A stretch of 63,564 bases of DNA, filler included, from Collodictyon triciliatum (lineage: Eukaryota): the NCBI GenBank assembly GCA_043381765.1. It is 9 parts of 9 records of this genome, joined end to end, with 100 filler letters (N's around TTAATTAATTAA, not from the genome) between each part and the next. Parts side by side here need not be neighbours in the genome. Positions count along the whole stretch, not along the records: positions 10,288 to 17,490 come from JBHJMP010004014.1; positions 17,591 to 24,792 come from JBHJMP010004015.1; 7 more parts are not named here. One strand, given 5' to 3'. This document shows, piece after piece, positions 10,452 through 23,814 of the stretch (position 1 is its first letter; each line of letters opens with the position of its first letter). The notes under the pieces are model-generated. The model was not told the DNA's origin and searched no databases. It saw nothing but the letters and a program-made list of their open reading frames with translations. The translations under genes were made by a program, and so were the position numbers.

Positions 10452-13400
10452 CGCTTGCTCAAGCTCCTCGTGAAGCTTCTTGAGTTCTTCAGTCGTTGTA
10501 ACATACAAGTGCTCAAGTTGTTGTATTCTGGAATGGAGCTGTAGTGAAATATATCACGTAAGACAAACTATACAACAGATTACTGAAGAATCGAATAAAG
10601 GAAAAAAAATACAACAGATTACTGAAGATAAAAGTTCATTTCTTTTCTCCGAAGCAAGCAGAAAATCAAAAAGGGGTGATTATGACCTCTTCATTTGACG
10701 CAGAGAGATCAGCGATATGCTTGGTATCTTGCCGCTCCGTTTCCGCAACAACAACCTCGTGTTGGTATAGTATGATAATAATCAATTAACAATCGTTCAT
10801 GCGTTTAAAATGGGTGGGCTAATGTGTGAAAATAAAAGAAGGTACCATGCTCATATTATTGGGAAAATTACCTGGATATTGCCCGAGCTACCTGACTTGA
10901 TTTGGTCCTGAAGCCTTTCGATCTGAAGATATTAAGAAAAATAAGAGTAATCTGTTGTAGACACAAAAAGACAGAGCGAATGCAAGACTCTGATTGTTAT
11001 TTTTGATTCTCTCATAAAAATTCACAAATAAAATAAAATACATGTGCAACGAGTTCAGCATTCTTTTGCTGGAGGACCACAGCCATGGGAGTTTGTTTAC
11101 TCAGGTCAGAGAGCTGTTGCTCTAAATCTTTGACACGGCCTGCCAAGTCACTGTTTTCAATCTGTTGGGCGTGAAACTTATATAAGCCTGAATTCTAGAG
11201 ATAGAGTGGCTTCAGAAATACCATTCGAGTTCCAAAATTGTACTCCTAGTACACAAACCTCAAGAGTTCGCACGCGCATCTGCGCCGGGTCTTCATTATC
11301 CTTCTTCTTTTCTGGGCCAACATAAAGCTCTTGGTACTTTAAAAGAAGTCGGTGAGTCTGTTCTAGTTGTTTCTCCAATTCTTCATTTCGTTCTCTCGAA
11401 ATTCGGTACTTATTGAGTATTCTATTAGGTCATTTAAGGCATAGGCACCAATTTAAAAATTGAATATTTCCTCCTTCATTTAACTTGAAAAACGGAAAGA
11501 ACAATATTTACATTCGCTACACAATCACTATCATGAATACAAACTCGTCATGTTGCTGGATCAAATCATCTCTCTCTTGAATGACATCTGATATATTGTG
11601 CTCAAGTTCCTGTATATGAGCAGCTTTGGTCTCCAGTTCGCGATTTAAATTTTCCATTCTACCATCGGCATGTTCTCTAGTAGATATTTTGCAAGTAGAA
11701 AAATATATGAATAACTGGCTTTGCAAAAAAATTACATCATTTTAATTCAAAGTAAATTCAAATTTATAGTGTTGGTTTTTTTTCAGTTAAGATTGAAATA
11801 TCGTACATAGTCTTTGTTTGGTTGGCTGCAGACGCCCTCTGAAGTTGGTCGAGTTGCTGCTGCAGTAATTCATTCAAACTTGTCTGCTCCAAGAGCTGGC
11901 GTTTGAGTTGCTGGATTTCACGCTCGCGCTCCTGGACACAGAAATAATCGTCACATTTTATTTCAATTCAATTAAAAAAACCGCCCAGAATATGCACCGA
12001 ATAATTAAGGTACCAGAATGAAAATTGGGAGAAAAGAAAAATCTATAAGATAGTTCTCTTTTATTCTAAAGTAAAAAAAAANNNNNNNNNNNNNNNNNNN
12101 NNNNNNNNNNNNNNNNNNNNNNNNNNNNNNNNNNNNNNNNNNNNNNNNNNNNNNNNNNNNNNNNNNNNNNNNNNNNNNNNNNNNNNNNNNNNNNNNNNNN
12201 NNNNNNNNNNNNNNNNNNNNNNNNNNNNNNNNNNNNNNNNNNNNNNNNNNNNNNNNNNNNNNNNNNNNNNNNNNNNNNNNNNNNNNNNNNNNNNNNNNNN
12301 NNNNNNNNNNNNNNNNNNNNNNNNNNNNNNNNNNNNNNNNNNNNNNNNNNNNNNNNNNNNNNNNNNNNNNNNNNNNNNNNNNNNNNNNNNNNNNNNNNNN
12401 NNNNNNNNNNNNNNNNNNNNNNNNNNNNNNNNNNNNNNNNNNNNNNNNNNNNNNNNNNNNNNNNNNNNNNNNNNNNNNNNNNNNNNNNNNNNNNNNNNNN
12501 NNNNNNNNNNNNNNNNNNNNNNNNNNNNNNNNNNNNNNNNNNNNNNNNNNNNNNNNNNNNNNNNNNNNNNNNNNNNNNNNNNNNNNNNNNNNNNNNNNNN
12601 NNNNNNNNNNNNNNNNNNNNNNNNNNNNNNNNNNNNNNNNNNNNNNNNNNNNNNNNNNNNNNNNNNNNNNNNNNNNNNNNNNNAAAAAAAAAGGGAGGGA
12701 AATTTAGACGCAAAGAACTATCTAATGATATACCCTGAGTGACATGTTTTCGTCTGTAAGAACACTTTCGATGACCACTTGGGAATAATCCTGTTCTTGT
12801 TCACCCGTATTCTCGGATAACTGAATTTGGAGGCTTCTTATCTGAGCACTTAACTGCATAATTGTTTGGTCCTGCAAAAGTTATACACTTGCACTTAGAT
12901 ATAGATAGGTTCAAGATAGTAAATTAAAATAGCCCACTTTTTAAAGCCTCGCAATACCCACAGAAAGGAGATTCCTTGTTTTATTAAACATACCTTCTGT
13001 TGCAGTTGAAGTTGGTACTTGAGGTGCGTGCTTTCGTCCGTTACAGTAGATGTTGTTTGAATCACATGGACTATAGGCTCAACAGGAGAGGTACGGCCGA
13101 GTGTGCTGTCAGATCTATTATTCATGCGACTGAAGTGAATTGTAAAGAATCAATACTGTTGATTATTTGCTAGGCTACGAATCTTCAACCCAAGATGTGG
13201 AATGTTGGGTCAATAATTAGCAATAAAACATATATGGGCCAATGCCATGTTTAAAAAAGCATTATGATATGATAAATTATGAAATGTAAGTGGGAAACAT
13301 ACACTCTGATTTCCCTGTGCTGAAGAAGTGCCTTTGGTAACCAACAAAAAAAATTGTTATTCACAAATTCACACGCAATGTAGGATTTTTGTCCAATATT

Positions 13401-13945
13401 TTATTAAAAATCATCAAATGCAAAGTTATATAAACGTCCGATTAGGAAGGAAGAGAAGTAAAAAACCTTTGGAGACGATTGCGATGATGATGTCGAATTG
13501 TCATCTGGAATAAAAAGCTTCTCCTCAGACTTCTAGATTCGATATCATTAGTTTCAGGCTAGGGTTGTTCACATGTATTGGAAAGAAGTATACCAGCTTG
13601 ACTTTCCGGTCCAGGTGTGGTGCTCTAAATCCATTTGGAATCTTTATTCCAAACAAAGAAGATAAGAAATTTATAATTCATAGAATTAACTGAATACATC
13701 ATATATTTGAAATTGTATTATCCTCGTGTTCAATTCAAATGAAACTATGTTTCCTTTAATTACAAAATCTAGAGTTCAAATGAACCTGTTCACTACTCAG
13801 GGTGTTTTGGATATTGCTAGCTCTAAACAGATATTGGAATGAGTATTCTTAAATTATTTTTTTAAAAAAACAAGAATAAGTTGTACATAGAATCCTTTTA
13901 TGCCATCAAAAGTCACTTGCAGAAACTTATTAGTTGAATAGGTCG

Positions 13946-14042
<97 letters not shown>

Positions 14043-14752
14043 TGATGATGATGATGAAAAAAACCTGCTGGTTACTTTAAGTTGCCCTGTTAACAAATAT
14101 ATGGGTTAATAATACATCCAATTTTGTACATTCATATTCTTCATTCAAACTCCATTAATTTTCCTACTATACCTGATTCGAGGATAGCCATTAAAGTTTT
14201 CTGTAAAGACGCATTCACTTTGCAAAGTTGCTCACTGAAATTAGCCATCCATGAAACACTAGTCGTTTTATTACTGTTTTAGTTTTATCTTTGTTCTTTT
14301 TTAAAAAAAATTATAGAATTTTAGGCTTCATCAATAGATATAATACATGTCAGGTTAGTTTTAAGGCAACAAATCGGCATACAGTAAAGAATTGCGCATG
14401 AAAGTATCAAATTGGGTATGCCTGTCAATGGGCGAAATATAAAATTCAAAATACAAAAAAAAGAAAAAAAATATTAAATATTGAAAAACAAAGAAATGGT
14501 ACACATGTATATACACAAAGGATACAATATAAGTAGGTAATTACATAAGGGGATGAAATAAAATAATTTACCTCCTATTTTCATATGATGCTATTTGTTG
14601 CATGACAGAGCGATCTTTGTGATAAAATTCTTCAATAAGAACAACATGAGGTTTGATGATATTCCAGGTGTACTCTGGTAGGCTGTGATCCCTTAGGAGT
14701 TGGTGGAAGACTTCGACCCAGTTTACTGATTGAATGCGCTCATTCTCACTGA

Positions 14753-14847
<95 letters not shown>

Positions 14848-17073
14848 ATAGATTGACACATTTTATTCATGGATCTAAATCATATTTGAAAGCTTATAAG
14901 TATACACGATTTTTAAAATATTCTTATTCAATAAAATAAAAAAAAGCATAGGAGTCTCTCAAATACCCTCCGATGTGCATATTTAAGAAGGTATGGCGAA
15001 TGGTCATCAAGATATCAGCTGCAGCTGAACTAAATAATTTTGATTTTAGGAGATTAAAAAGCGTCCAAAAGTATTGTCAATTCTGCAAGTCAGATTCAGT
15101 GAAGCTTTCCATTACACTGGTCCACATAATCATTCAAAACAATGACATATTACGGGTCCATTCCGTCGCCTGTTTCAATCCTGAAATAGTGAGATAGTTC
15201 CCGAATTGTGCTCTAGTATATTGTAGCAGATTACCACAAACGAATGTTTGATATTTTCTCTTGACAATATTTCAACTTTGGTCTAGATTTTGTTGGTTTA
15301 TATAAAAGATACTCTGTGATATGTTGATTAACGAATGAGTTCATTACGTTCATGGCAATCGATTCGTCTTGCTCAAATAGTGCTACACCTTGATAAAAGC
15401 GTTGGTGATCGGCTATCCACAATTTGCCCAACTCTGACTGTAGCCTTTCGGGATGCAACATAAAGCAAGACGAGGATAAAATGAAAAGTATTAGACAGCA
15501 TTTCCTTCGAGGAATTATGCAAGGTAGAGTATTGTTAAAAACTATTATATGAGCAAACAATTATGCATTTGTTGATTGAGTGGGAAGATAAGTACGATGT
15601 GAGGGCCTCAAGCATGTTCGGCAAGTCTTTAGAACTTGAAAGGCCAGAAGACTTCAATGTTGGCGACGGGGAGTGAGAGGCTGACCTGGGAGAGAAAATG
15701 GACGACCTAAAACCCCAACCATGTCATATATTTTGTGAATAATACGATTCCTTCCTTATGGAGAGCACAAAACCATAAGTACAATAACATAGTAAAACTC
15801 AAGGCATGTAGGAATTGACAGTTCTCACTCTTTCACAAGGATTTGACTCTGTTTCGCCTAATGGAATTTTTTTTATCAAATTAAAACATGGCTGAAGAGC
15901 GCAATCAGGGGAGTAGTTTTAAATAAGGGAAATCGTTCGGAGCATGAAATAAAATATATTGAATGATCAAATAGCAATACAACAATAAAGGACGCATATG
16001 TAAGCACATAATAAGATTATTGCGATGGACGATAAAATATCAGGAGATTGCAGTGACATTGTAAGATTTTTCTATATTCTTCTGTCCACTGTATTGGTTG
16101 TTTTTTTTTATCAAGAAATATTGATTGTATGTAATGAAGGAAACATCTTGCCTGATCTAAATCGTATAATAGTCTTTGGTTTTCGTTCCTCAATTCCTGA
16201 ATTACTGCATCGTAACGGGCGGCGCTATCTTTCAGATCTACTCCGCAAGCATCTTATCGATTAGACATGCGTCGGAAGGAAATAAGCGGGTTCACAAATA
16301 AATTACCCTTCTCCAGGCGAGCACAGCGTGCCTCGCTGGCTTGAAGCTTCTCTGAGGTTATTCTAGAAATGTCTATTGTCCATATGATGATACATAAACT
16401 TTGATGATCAGAATGTGTGCGAATAACGGAAGAAGGAGGCTTGGCTGTGGAAACCATGGTCATACAATCATTGAAATCCGTCGTTACCGGATGCTTGTGT
16501 AGAGGTAGCTCTGGAGACTTCTTGTAGTTTTGCTCTCAAGTGTTCGATTTCTTGGCGAAGGGATGCCTCGACGTGGTGTCTGTTTTCAGCATCACCGGAG
16601 TCCACTCGAGCGGCACTGCTATGCCTCCTCGTATTCGATTTTGGAGATTCCTTTGATTCTTCCCAATTCTGGCGTCACACAGAAAAAAATAACTCAAAGA
16701 ATACTCAATAATCATGCAGCAGCTGTAGTATGGAGACATGGTGGGATTAATCAATAGGAGTGACATACGTATTTCTGAAGGTATTCTTCGTATATTGCAC
16801 GTGAAGCCGAAGCGGGGTTCGACAGGAGCCGGTTGGGCGCGGTGCGATTTGCTATCTTTTGGGGGTTCGGTGATGGGGTCAACTCAAAGCGCAGGGTGGA
16901 GCTTGTGCTGGTATTATCGGTTGCTTGCGAGTCAACATCGCTCCCGCCATACATGGCTGCCGATGATGACTTCATCGTGTGTGCTGTTGTCGTTAACATC
17001 GGTGGGAGACCAGACTGTGCTGGCGGAGCGAAACTGTCGGACTGAGCTGCAGATCGGTGATATGCTTCGCTCC
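10452..17073 (-). CDS. Large multi-exon protein: low-complexity N-part, unknown central domain, long coiled-coil C-part (both ends truncated)
   Basis: Many GT-AG-bounded exons, e.g. 10452-10538 LHSRIQQLEHLYVTTTEELKKLHEELEQA, 11260-11410 EKQLEQTHRLLLKYQELY, 15235-15440 LQSELGKLWIADHQRFYQGVALF. Could be more than one gene; contains a 602-N gap. Confidence 0.65.
13946..14056. repeat. (AAT)n(GAT)n microsatellite
   Basis: Trinucleotide arrays, intronic. Confidence 0.95.
14752..14850. repeat. (TAAA)n microsatellite
   Basis: Tetramer array, intronic. Confidence 0.95.
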
Positions 17074-18254
17074 CTGCGGGCAGATTAATGGAAAAGGAGA
17101 AGAAAATGAAACAAAAAAAAAGAAAATTGAAGTAAAATTAAAAAAAATCGATATAAAGGAAAAAGAAAAGAAAAAGAAAAGAAAAAAGAAAAGAAAAAGA
17201 AAAAGAAAAAGAAAAGAAAAAGAAAAAGAAAAAGAAAAAGAAAAAGAAAAGAAAAAGGAATATGAAACAAAATTAAAAAAAATCGACATAATGGAAAAAG
17301 AAAGTTGAAATAAATTGAAATAAAAGTAAAAGAAAAAGAAAAAGAAAAGAGAAAGGAAAAGGAAAATGAAGGAAAATGAAACAAAATTAAAAAATCGATA
17401 CAAAGGAAAAAAATTGAAAAGGAAAAGGAAAAGGAAAAGGAAAAGGAAAAGGAAAAGGAAAAGGAAAAGGAAAAGGAAAAGGAAAAGGAANNNNNNNNNN
17501 NNNNNNNNNNNNNNNNNNNNNNNNNNNNNNNNNNTTAATTAATTAANNNNNNNNNNNNNNNNNNNNNNNNNNNNNNNNNNNNNNNNNNNNAAAAAAAAAA
17601 AAAACAACAACAACAACAACCATAGTTGAAAAGACATTCCCAGTGTGACATAAAGGATGATTAGATTATGGAGGAATATAAAATACAGGTGGTTTTTCCA
17701 GTAAAGGTTGCACTGAAGGCGAAAGCTTCCAGAAGCTTCTGGGATACCTTTGACCCAATAGGGCCCACATGTCATCCTGCCTGCCACCTCGCCAAAGGGA
17801 CTTCACCTAATGCGTTTCGAATGTGCTTCGCCATTGCCGGCTGGGATTTAACAGGACATGTAAAAAAACGTATGCCCTGCTTGAGGAACACACAAATAGG
17901 CGTCCGGTTTGACAGAAGACAGAAGATTGAAGAGGTAAGATATTTCCTTATCAAATCTGAACGATAAGTGGATTGCTTTGCCGAGCACCACGCGTGACAT
18001 ATATCTGTTTTCTCAATGAATTAACCTATCAACAACAAACCAACTGTAGCTGCAAAAGAAAAACAATAAAGTGACGAGAATCTTAAAAACTACAATCTAA
18101 ATAACCATTATTTATTTTTCATCACCCCGCCTCAACCTTGCCAGAACAGCTTGGGAATGATTTCTCAACCCAGCACGCCAATGATAATGCCCATCAAGAT
18201 TGCTTTATTTTCTTTCAACTTACCCCGCTTCTATCCCATATAAAAAGCAGCCAC

Positions 18255-19836
18255 ATGGCCGTTGACACCAGCGTTTCATTCCACTCCTATGCCGCATTGA
18301 GTGCCGGAGCAGCTCTTGAGCCATGGACGTATCATCCTGCATCCTTGGCCCGCGCGACATTGAGATCAAAATCACCCACTGCGGAATCTGCGGGTCGGGT
18401 GAGTGGCCTTTGTCACAAACACACAGAGGCTGCAGCAGGTTGTAAAGCTCAGCTTGTGATGAGAAGCAACGCCGCACCATAGACTCTGATGTTGTTGCTC
18501 CGCTTATACGTATTATCCACAACTTTACAGATACCATACCATCGATAACGACTGGAAGAGCTCAGTCTATCTTATGGTGGTTGAACATAAGGTTATCGGC
18601 GAGGTTGTTGCCGCAGGTTATAACATGACAAACCTGAAGGCAAGTCTCATAAAAAAAGATGCCATCCATGTAAAGCTTTGCATGTTACGTAGTCTTGCGT
18701 TCACCTCTCATCAATATCGACCTTCCTTCAGTGTAGGAGACCGAGTGGGCGTGGGCGCTCAGTATTTTGCCTGCCTGAAGCCCAGTTGTGATGAGTGCAG
18801 CTACAAGGATAATCAATGCTGCCCAAAGAAAGTCTTCACCTACAATATACCCTACGCTGACGGTGAGCTCTCAAGGGGCGGATATGCCGACCGCATCCGT
18901 CTCTTGTCCGACTTCGCCTTCCTCATCCAGAGAGTACCCCTTCTGATGTTGCTGCTCCTCTTCTAAGTGTTGGAATCACAGTTTTCGCTGCCCTGAGGCG
19001 GTAGGGACATCATTTAGACTCACAGATGCCTAAGTTACATAATTTCTTGATACAAGTAACGATGCACTATAGGTATACGCTTTTTTTTTTCAGAAACAGC
19101 GACGGTGCAAGCAATTCAATCAAGGTGGGAATGATTAGTATCGGAGGACTTGGGCACTTGGGAATTCAGTTTACCAAGGTTTGTTTTCACTATGATATTT
19201 ATGTTACAAAATAAAATAACTTCACGGCATATATCGCTTTAAAGTCGATTCATGTGTTAATATATTTAAAGCAAAAAAAAGCAGGCCCTACGAGGCGAAG
19301 TAACCGCCATTTCTCACTCAGAGAAAACGAAAGAGGAAGCTGTCAAGCTTGGAGCGCATCACTTCATCAACAGTAGCAACCCTGCCGAAATCGCCGCTAC
19401 TGCAAAGACCGTTTGCGAATCAAACACAAAAATTTTTTAATATGTGCTTATCTATTGCTAAAATAAAGAAAGTGAACTTTGTTTTACAATCAGAATTTAT
19501 TAGTTGGATGTTATCCTTGTAACAGCCAATAGCAACGACATGAACTGGGGTGGGTGTCTGTCACTTCTCCACACTCACAGAAAAATGGTCGTGGTTGGTC
19601 TCCCTGAAGAACTCACCAAAATCGCGCCCTTCAATCTTATCATGAGCCAAGTCGGCCTATATGGCAGTGTCATCGACTCCACTTTCGAAATCAAAGAAAT
19701 GTCGCAATTTGCTTCCTAGTACAACGTCAGTCCTTGGATTGGAGTTCTGCCCATCCAAAACATCAATACTGCCCTCGAGCGCGTTCGTGCTGGTGATGTC
19801 CGCTACCGCTTCGTCCTGGAAAACAAGTTTGACTAA
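18255..19836 (+). pseudogene. NADP-dependent Zn alcohol dehydrogenase (cinnamyl-ADH/ADH6-like MDR family) pseudogene
   Basis: DIEIKITHCGICG, VGDRVGVG, structural-Zn Cys cluster, GGYAD, IGGLGHLGIQF and GDVRYRFV are present. Frameshifts near 18343 and 18927, in-frame TAG at 19717-19719, and catalytic GHE changed to EHK. Introns retained. Confidence 0.88.
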
Positions 19837-21117
19837 GCAGCATCCCACCACAGTCCTGCATTCTACGCTGGCGCCCATTTCTTTTGGACCCTATGGACTT
19901 CTGCCCATGATAAATACTTCTTTCGCGCCATGCTTCATCAGTGTGANNNNNNNNNNNNNNNNNNNNNNNNNNNNNNNNNNNNNNNNNNNNNNNNNNNNNN
20001 NNNNNNNNNNNNNNNNNNNNNNNNNNNNNNNNNNNNNNNNNNNNNNNNNNNNNNNNNNNNNNNNNNNNNNNNNNNNNNNNNNNNNNNNNNNNNNNNNNNN
20101 NNNNNNNNNNNNNNNNNNNNNNNNNNNNNNNNNNNNNNNNNNNNNNNNNNNNNNNNNNNNNNNNNNNNNNNNNNNNNNNNNNNNNNNNNNNNNNNNNNNN
20201 NNNNNNNNNNNNNNNNNNNNNNNNNNNNNNNNNNNNNNNNNNNNNNNNNNNNNNNNNNNNNNNNNNNNNNNNNNNNNNNNNNNNNNNNNNNNNNNNNNNN
20301 NNNNNNNNNNNNNNNNNNNNNNNNNNNNNNNNNNNNNNNNNNNNNNNNNNNNNNNNNNNNNNNNNNNNNNNNNNNNNNNNNNNNNNNNNNNNNNNNNNNN
20401 NNNNNNNNNNNNNNNNNNNNNNNNNNNNNNNNNNNNNNNNNNNNNNNNNNNNNNNNNNNNNNNNNNNNNNNNNNNNNNNNNNNNNNNNNNNNNNNNNNNN
20501 NNNNNNNNNNNNNNNNNNNTGCTGCTCATATGCATTTCCAACGACCATAAGACTCTATACAGCTAGTGCTACCTTCTGTAAATACCATACAAAATAATAT
20601 ACCATTTAAAAGGCGAAAGCAAAAGACACACATATATAATTTTGATTCATTATTTACTTTAAAAAAGTATTTAATGTAAGATATCAATAAAAAAATTATA
20701 ATACCCATGATTAGTAGAAGTAAAAACTACAATATTGGCTCATTATTCAATTTCCTGCAATAGTTTTTATGTTGTGTGTACTATAAATAAGATGTATGAA
20801 TAAATGAATAGCCATTCTATCAAAATATTTCCTCTTTATTTAATTCAAGGTAATAATAAAATATCACATATTCATTATTTAACAAGTCATTCTGTAAGAT
20901 AAATATATACCTAAAAACTCTTCCTTCCCTTGAATCGAATATAGGATTATTATTATTTTTTTTACAAAGGCATTACAGTGCTAGACTTCTATAACTTAGG
21001 GTTATCCATGATATAATTTGCAGATGAATAAAAAGAGGATTGATCATTCTATAAATTTACTTCATTTTAAAAACCCCTTACAAGCAAAGTTGTCTCACCA
21101 TCTCTGTTGATGCATAG

Positions 21118-22893
21118 ATGGCAGAACGGGAAATGCACAAATGTTTTGGAAGGCCACAAGGATTGGGTAAAAACATTACATGGAAGAGGCCGCCTGATGT
21201 TCAGCGGCTCCTTTGATGAGACCATAAGATGTTGGGATACAGACTCGTTCCGCTGCGTTCAAGTGTATCGGGGTCACTTCAATTGTGTCTATTCTATTCA
21301 AGCAACTCTCCACTCTTTATATTCATCTAGTGGAGATGAAACTGTCAAGCGTTGGGACTTAGCTACTGGCCAATGTGCTCAAACTTTTCTCGGGCACGAT
21401 GGCTATGTCAATTGTGTACAGGTGGAGACGCCGGATGACACTTCAGACACCAATTCAACTATCCAGACTGGATCTTATCCTAACTCGACTGATCGCATTC
21501 CCACAAACATAACATCGTCTGCCGAAGTGGCATACTCTGGAGGATACGACCAAAAGATTCGTGTATGGGATAAAAGAACTAACCGCGCCCAAAACGTTGT
21601 TTGTGCGGATGACAAAGTTCTTTCTCTTGCGCTTTGGAACCAATACTTTATGGCGGGTCTCGATAATAACCACATTTCGGTATATGATAAGCGAAAGCCA
21701 ACCAACTCTTTAACAAAAATGACTGGTATGCAAATCTTATTATCTACGTACCTACTATATTTTTTTAAGGAAAAAAAGAAAAAGAAAAAGAAAAAGAAAG
21801 AACATTAAGTAATTTGTACCCACTTTACTCAAATTCTCTGTCTCCCTCTCACGTTTACTATGTAGGACATACATCGTTTATCAACCAAATCTACACGCAT
21901 CCGTCCAAACCGTTCTTGTGCTCAGCTTCAGCTGATCGCACAGTACGAATATGGTCTTTGAATGAGTTCAACTTGTTCATCACTCTTTCCGGACACTCCT
22001 CCTTTGTCGACTCGGCTATTTTTGGTCTTGACCCTCAACACATGGTTGTATATTCTGGGTCTCAAGATGAGACTATTCGTCGGTGGAAGATCGACCACAG
22101 TGCCCTGGAGAATCCAACCGAACTCTCCATAACAAAGACGATGGTCTCTGCAGGCAGCGCAAAGATGACGTGCGACGTTACCGAAGACACCATTGATGAA
22201 GAATATGCCAATCCAAATAGGACATCATCGGTTGTATATGGCAATACGTCATCCATCATGGAGCAAGCAGAATTCGTTCCAGCACCGATGCACGAATCAA
22301 GAGTCCTAGTAAGCTCATCTGGCACGGAGTCATCTACGACGAGCTTGGGAGTAGCGGAGTCTAGTAGTGCAAGAGGCTCATCTTTTCAAACTCTTCTTTA
22401 CGCTGCCCGCAAGACCGCGTCTATTGCAAAATATGTCGAGAATGCAATCATATATGCTTTCACCTCTACTGGACAGCCGGTTGAGGAGGCAATGGATATA
22501 TTTTCAGAACCAAGCCAGCCCATACAACCAGTAGGCCAAGAAGTCCAAGGATGTATACAACAAGGCCAAAATTCTGTTCTTCAGATTGAACTTATTCGCT
22601 TGCAAGAGACACTGCAGGAAGAGCGCGACCAAAGGTCCGAGGACAGAAAGTCATGGAATGATCGAATTCAAACTCTGGAAGACCGCGTATCGACTCTCGA
22701 GAGTGCCATCAAGTATCTGCTGGGTGCAAGAGACTCTGCGGCAGTGCAAGAGGGCGCGGAGAGTGATTCGCCATCAGGGAACAAGAGCGACTTTGGTCAC
22801 AGCTTTGACAGCTCTCTAGATGAAAAGCCGGTGACTTTGACCAAAGGTACAGAGGAGAGTGCACTTGGGTTGGTGCTTTCATCATCCCAGTAG
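21118..22893 (+). CDS. WD40-repeat protein with Ser-rich tail and C-terminal coiled coil (5' part missing or in gap)
   Basis: Exons 21118-21725 and 21866-22893; repeated GH...SGS.D.TIR.W motifs; LIRLQETLQEER...LEDRVSTLES heptads. Confidence 0.85.
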
Positions 22894-23199
22894 TGTACAT
22901 CCAATCTTTTCGTGTAGGGGCTCACTCTCATTAGAGCAAACACTGGTGTCATAAATACAAGAGAATGGACATTGAATATTGATGGCGGGCTCGCATGAAT
23001 ACACAGTTCTCAGAAGGCTTCTTAAAGTGAGGAAGAGCGCACTCTCTTCACTTTTCTCATTTGTGTATATACTACCACTCCACTAACACGTGTCCCTATT
23101 AACCAATGAATCAATGAATCAATGAATCCACTCATCTATCCGCCCATCTACCTTTACTGGTTAGTTTTTATCACGGCCCCTAGAAGAGAGCGAGAAGCA

Positions 23200-23814
23200 T
23201 CACATCATCACTGGGACACCACAGAAGGTTGGCGACACGCAGCAATGGCCGTCTGGGGTTGGAATGAGCTCGTTTGAGGACTGCTCATATCTGAACAGAT
23301 GGGGCTCTTCGCTCAGCAGCATGGATTCTTGCGGAGTGAGCGCTATTGCGAGCCAAAGAACCTCTGATGCGTTGGGCCCGCAGCCGCGCACTGCCTTTTG
23401 GGTCTTTGCATACAAACCCCTCTGAGCCAAAACTTGAGTGTTTAGACCGCCGATGAAGGTTCTTCCAAAGGTGTTTGTTCTGATAGAGCGGGCGATGGGG
23501 AAATAGCAGCAACACAGACCAAAGAGCCATGTCGAGTTTGATAATGAGACGGAAGTGCCTCTCATCTCGTGCAGGAAAGGCTTCACATACTCGTCCCACT
23601 CGGCCTGCGTGACTCCGGCTTTAAGGACAGGTTCTGGTATGCGGAGCGCTTCCTGCTCGTCAAAGGCAACAGAACTCTCCCACCACCAATGCCTATCAGG
23701 GACGAGCTTGATGATAAGGCGCTCGCTGGTTGAAGCGGGGCGGCGAATCCCATCGGGTTGGTCCTGTGACCCAGTGGCAAGAAACTTGCGTGATGCATCA
23801 GGGGTGTTCGACAT
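23200..23814 (-). CDS. Erf4/Golgin-A7 (CHIC)-like Cys-rich hydrophobic protein, 204 aa
   Basis: Intronless ORF; IPEPVLKAGVTQAEWDEY...LFGLCCCYFP...LNTQVLAQRGL resembles the Erf4/GOLGA7 pattern (recognised by eye). Confidence 0.55.
   Translation of the reverse strand: MSNTPDASRKFLATGSQDQPDGIRRPASTSERLIIKLVPDRHWWWESSVAFDEQEALRIPEPVLKAGVTQAEWDEYVKPFLHEMRGTSVSLSNSTWLFGLCCCYFPIARSIRTNTFGRTFIGGLNTQVLAQRGLYAKTQKAVRGCGPNASEVLWLAIALTPQESMLLSEEPHLFRYEQSSNELIPTPDGHCCVSPTFCGVPVMM

Noticed and set aside
12066-12713. ORFs spanning long N runs (also 19661-20566, 50300-50993)
   Set aside because: Assembly gaps translated as X
18640-18736. Third GC-AG intron in ADH (AAG|GCAAGT)
   Set aside because: No in-frame acceptor for that donor, an alternative GT exists, and the locus is a pseudogene
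19717-19719. Genome-wide TAG reassignment or pyrrolysine
   Set aside because: This gene also has frameshifts, and TAG is a normal terminator in several intact genes here
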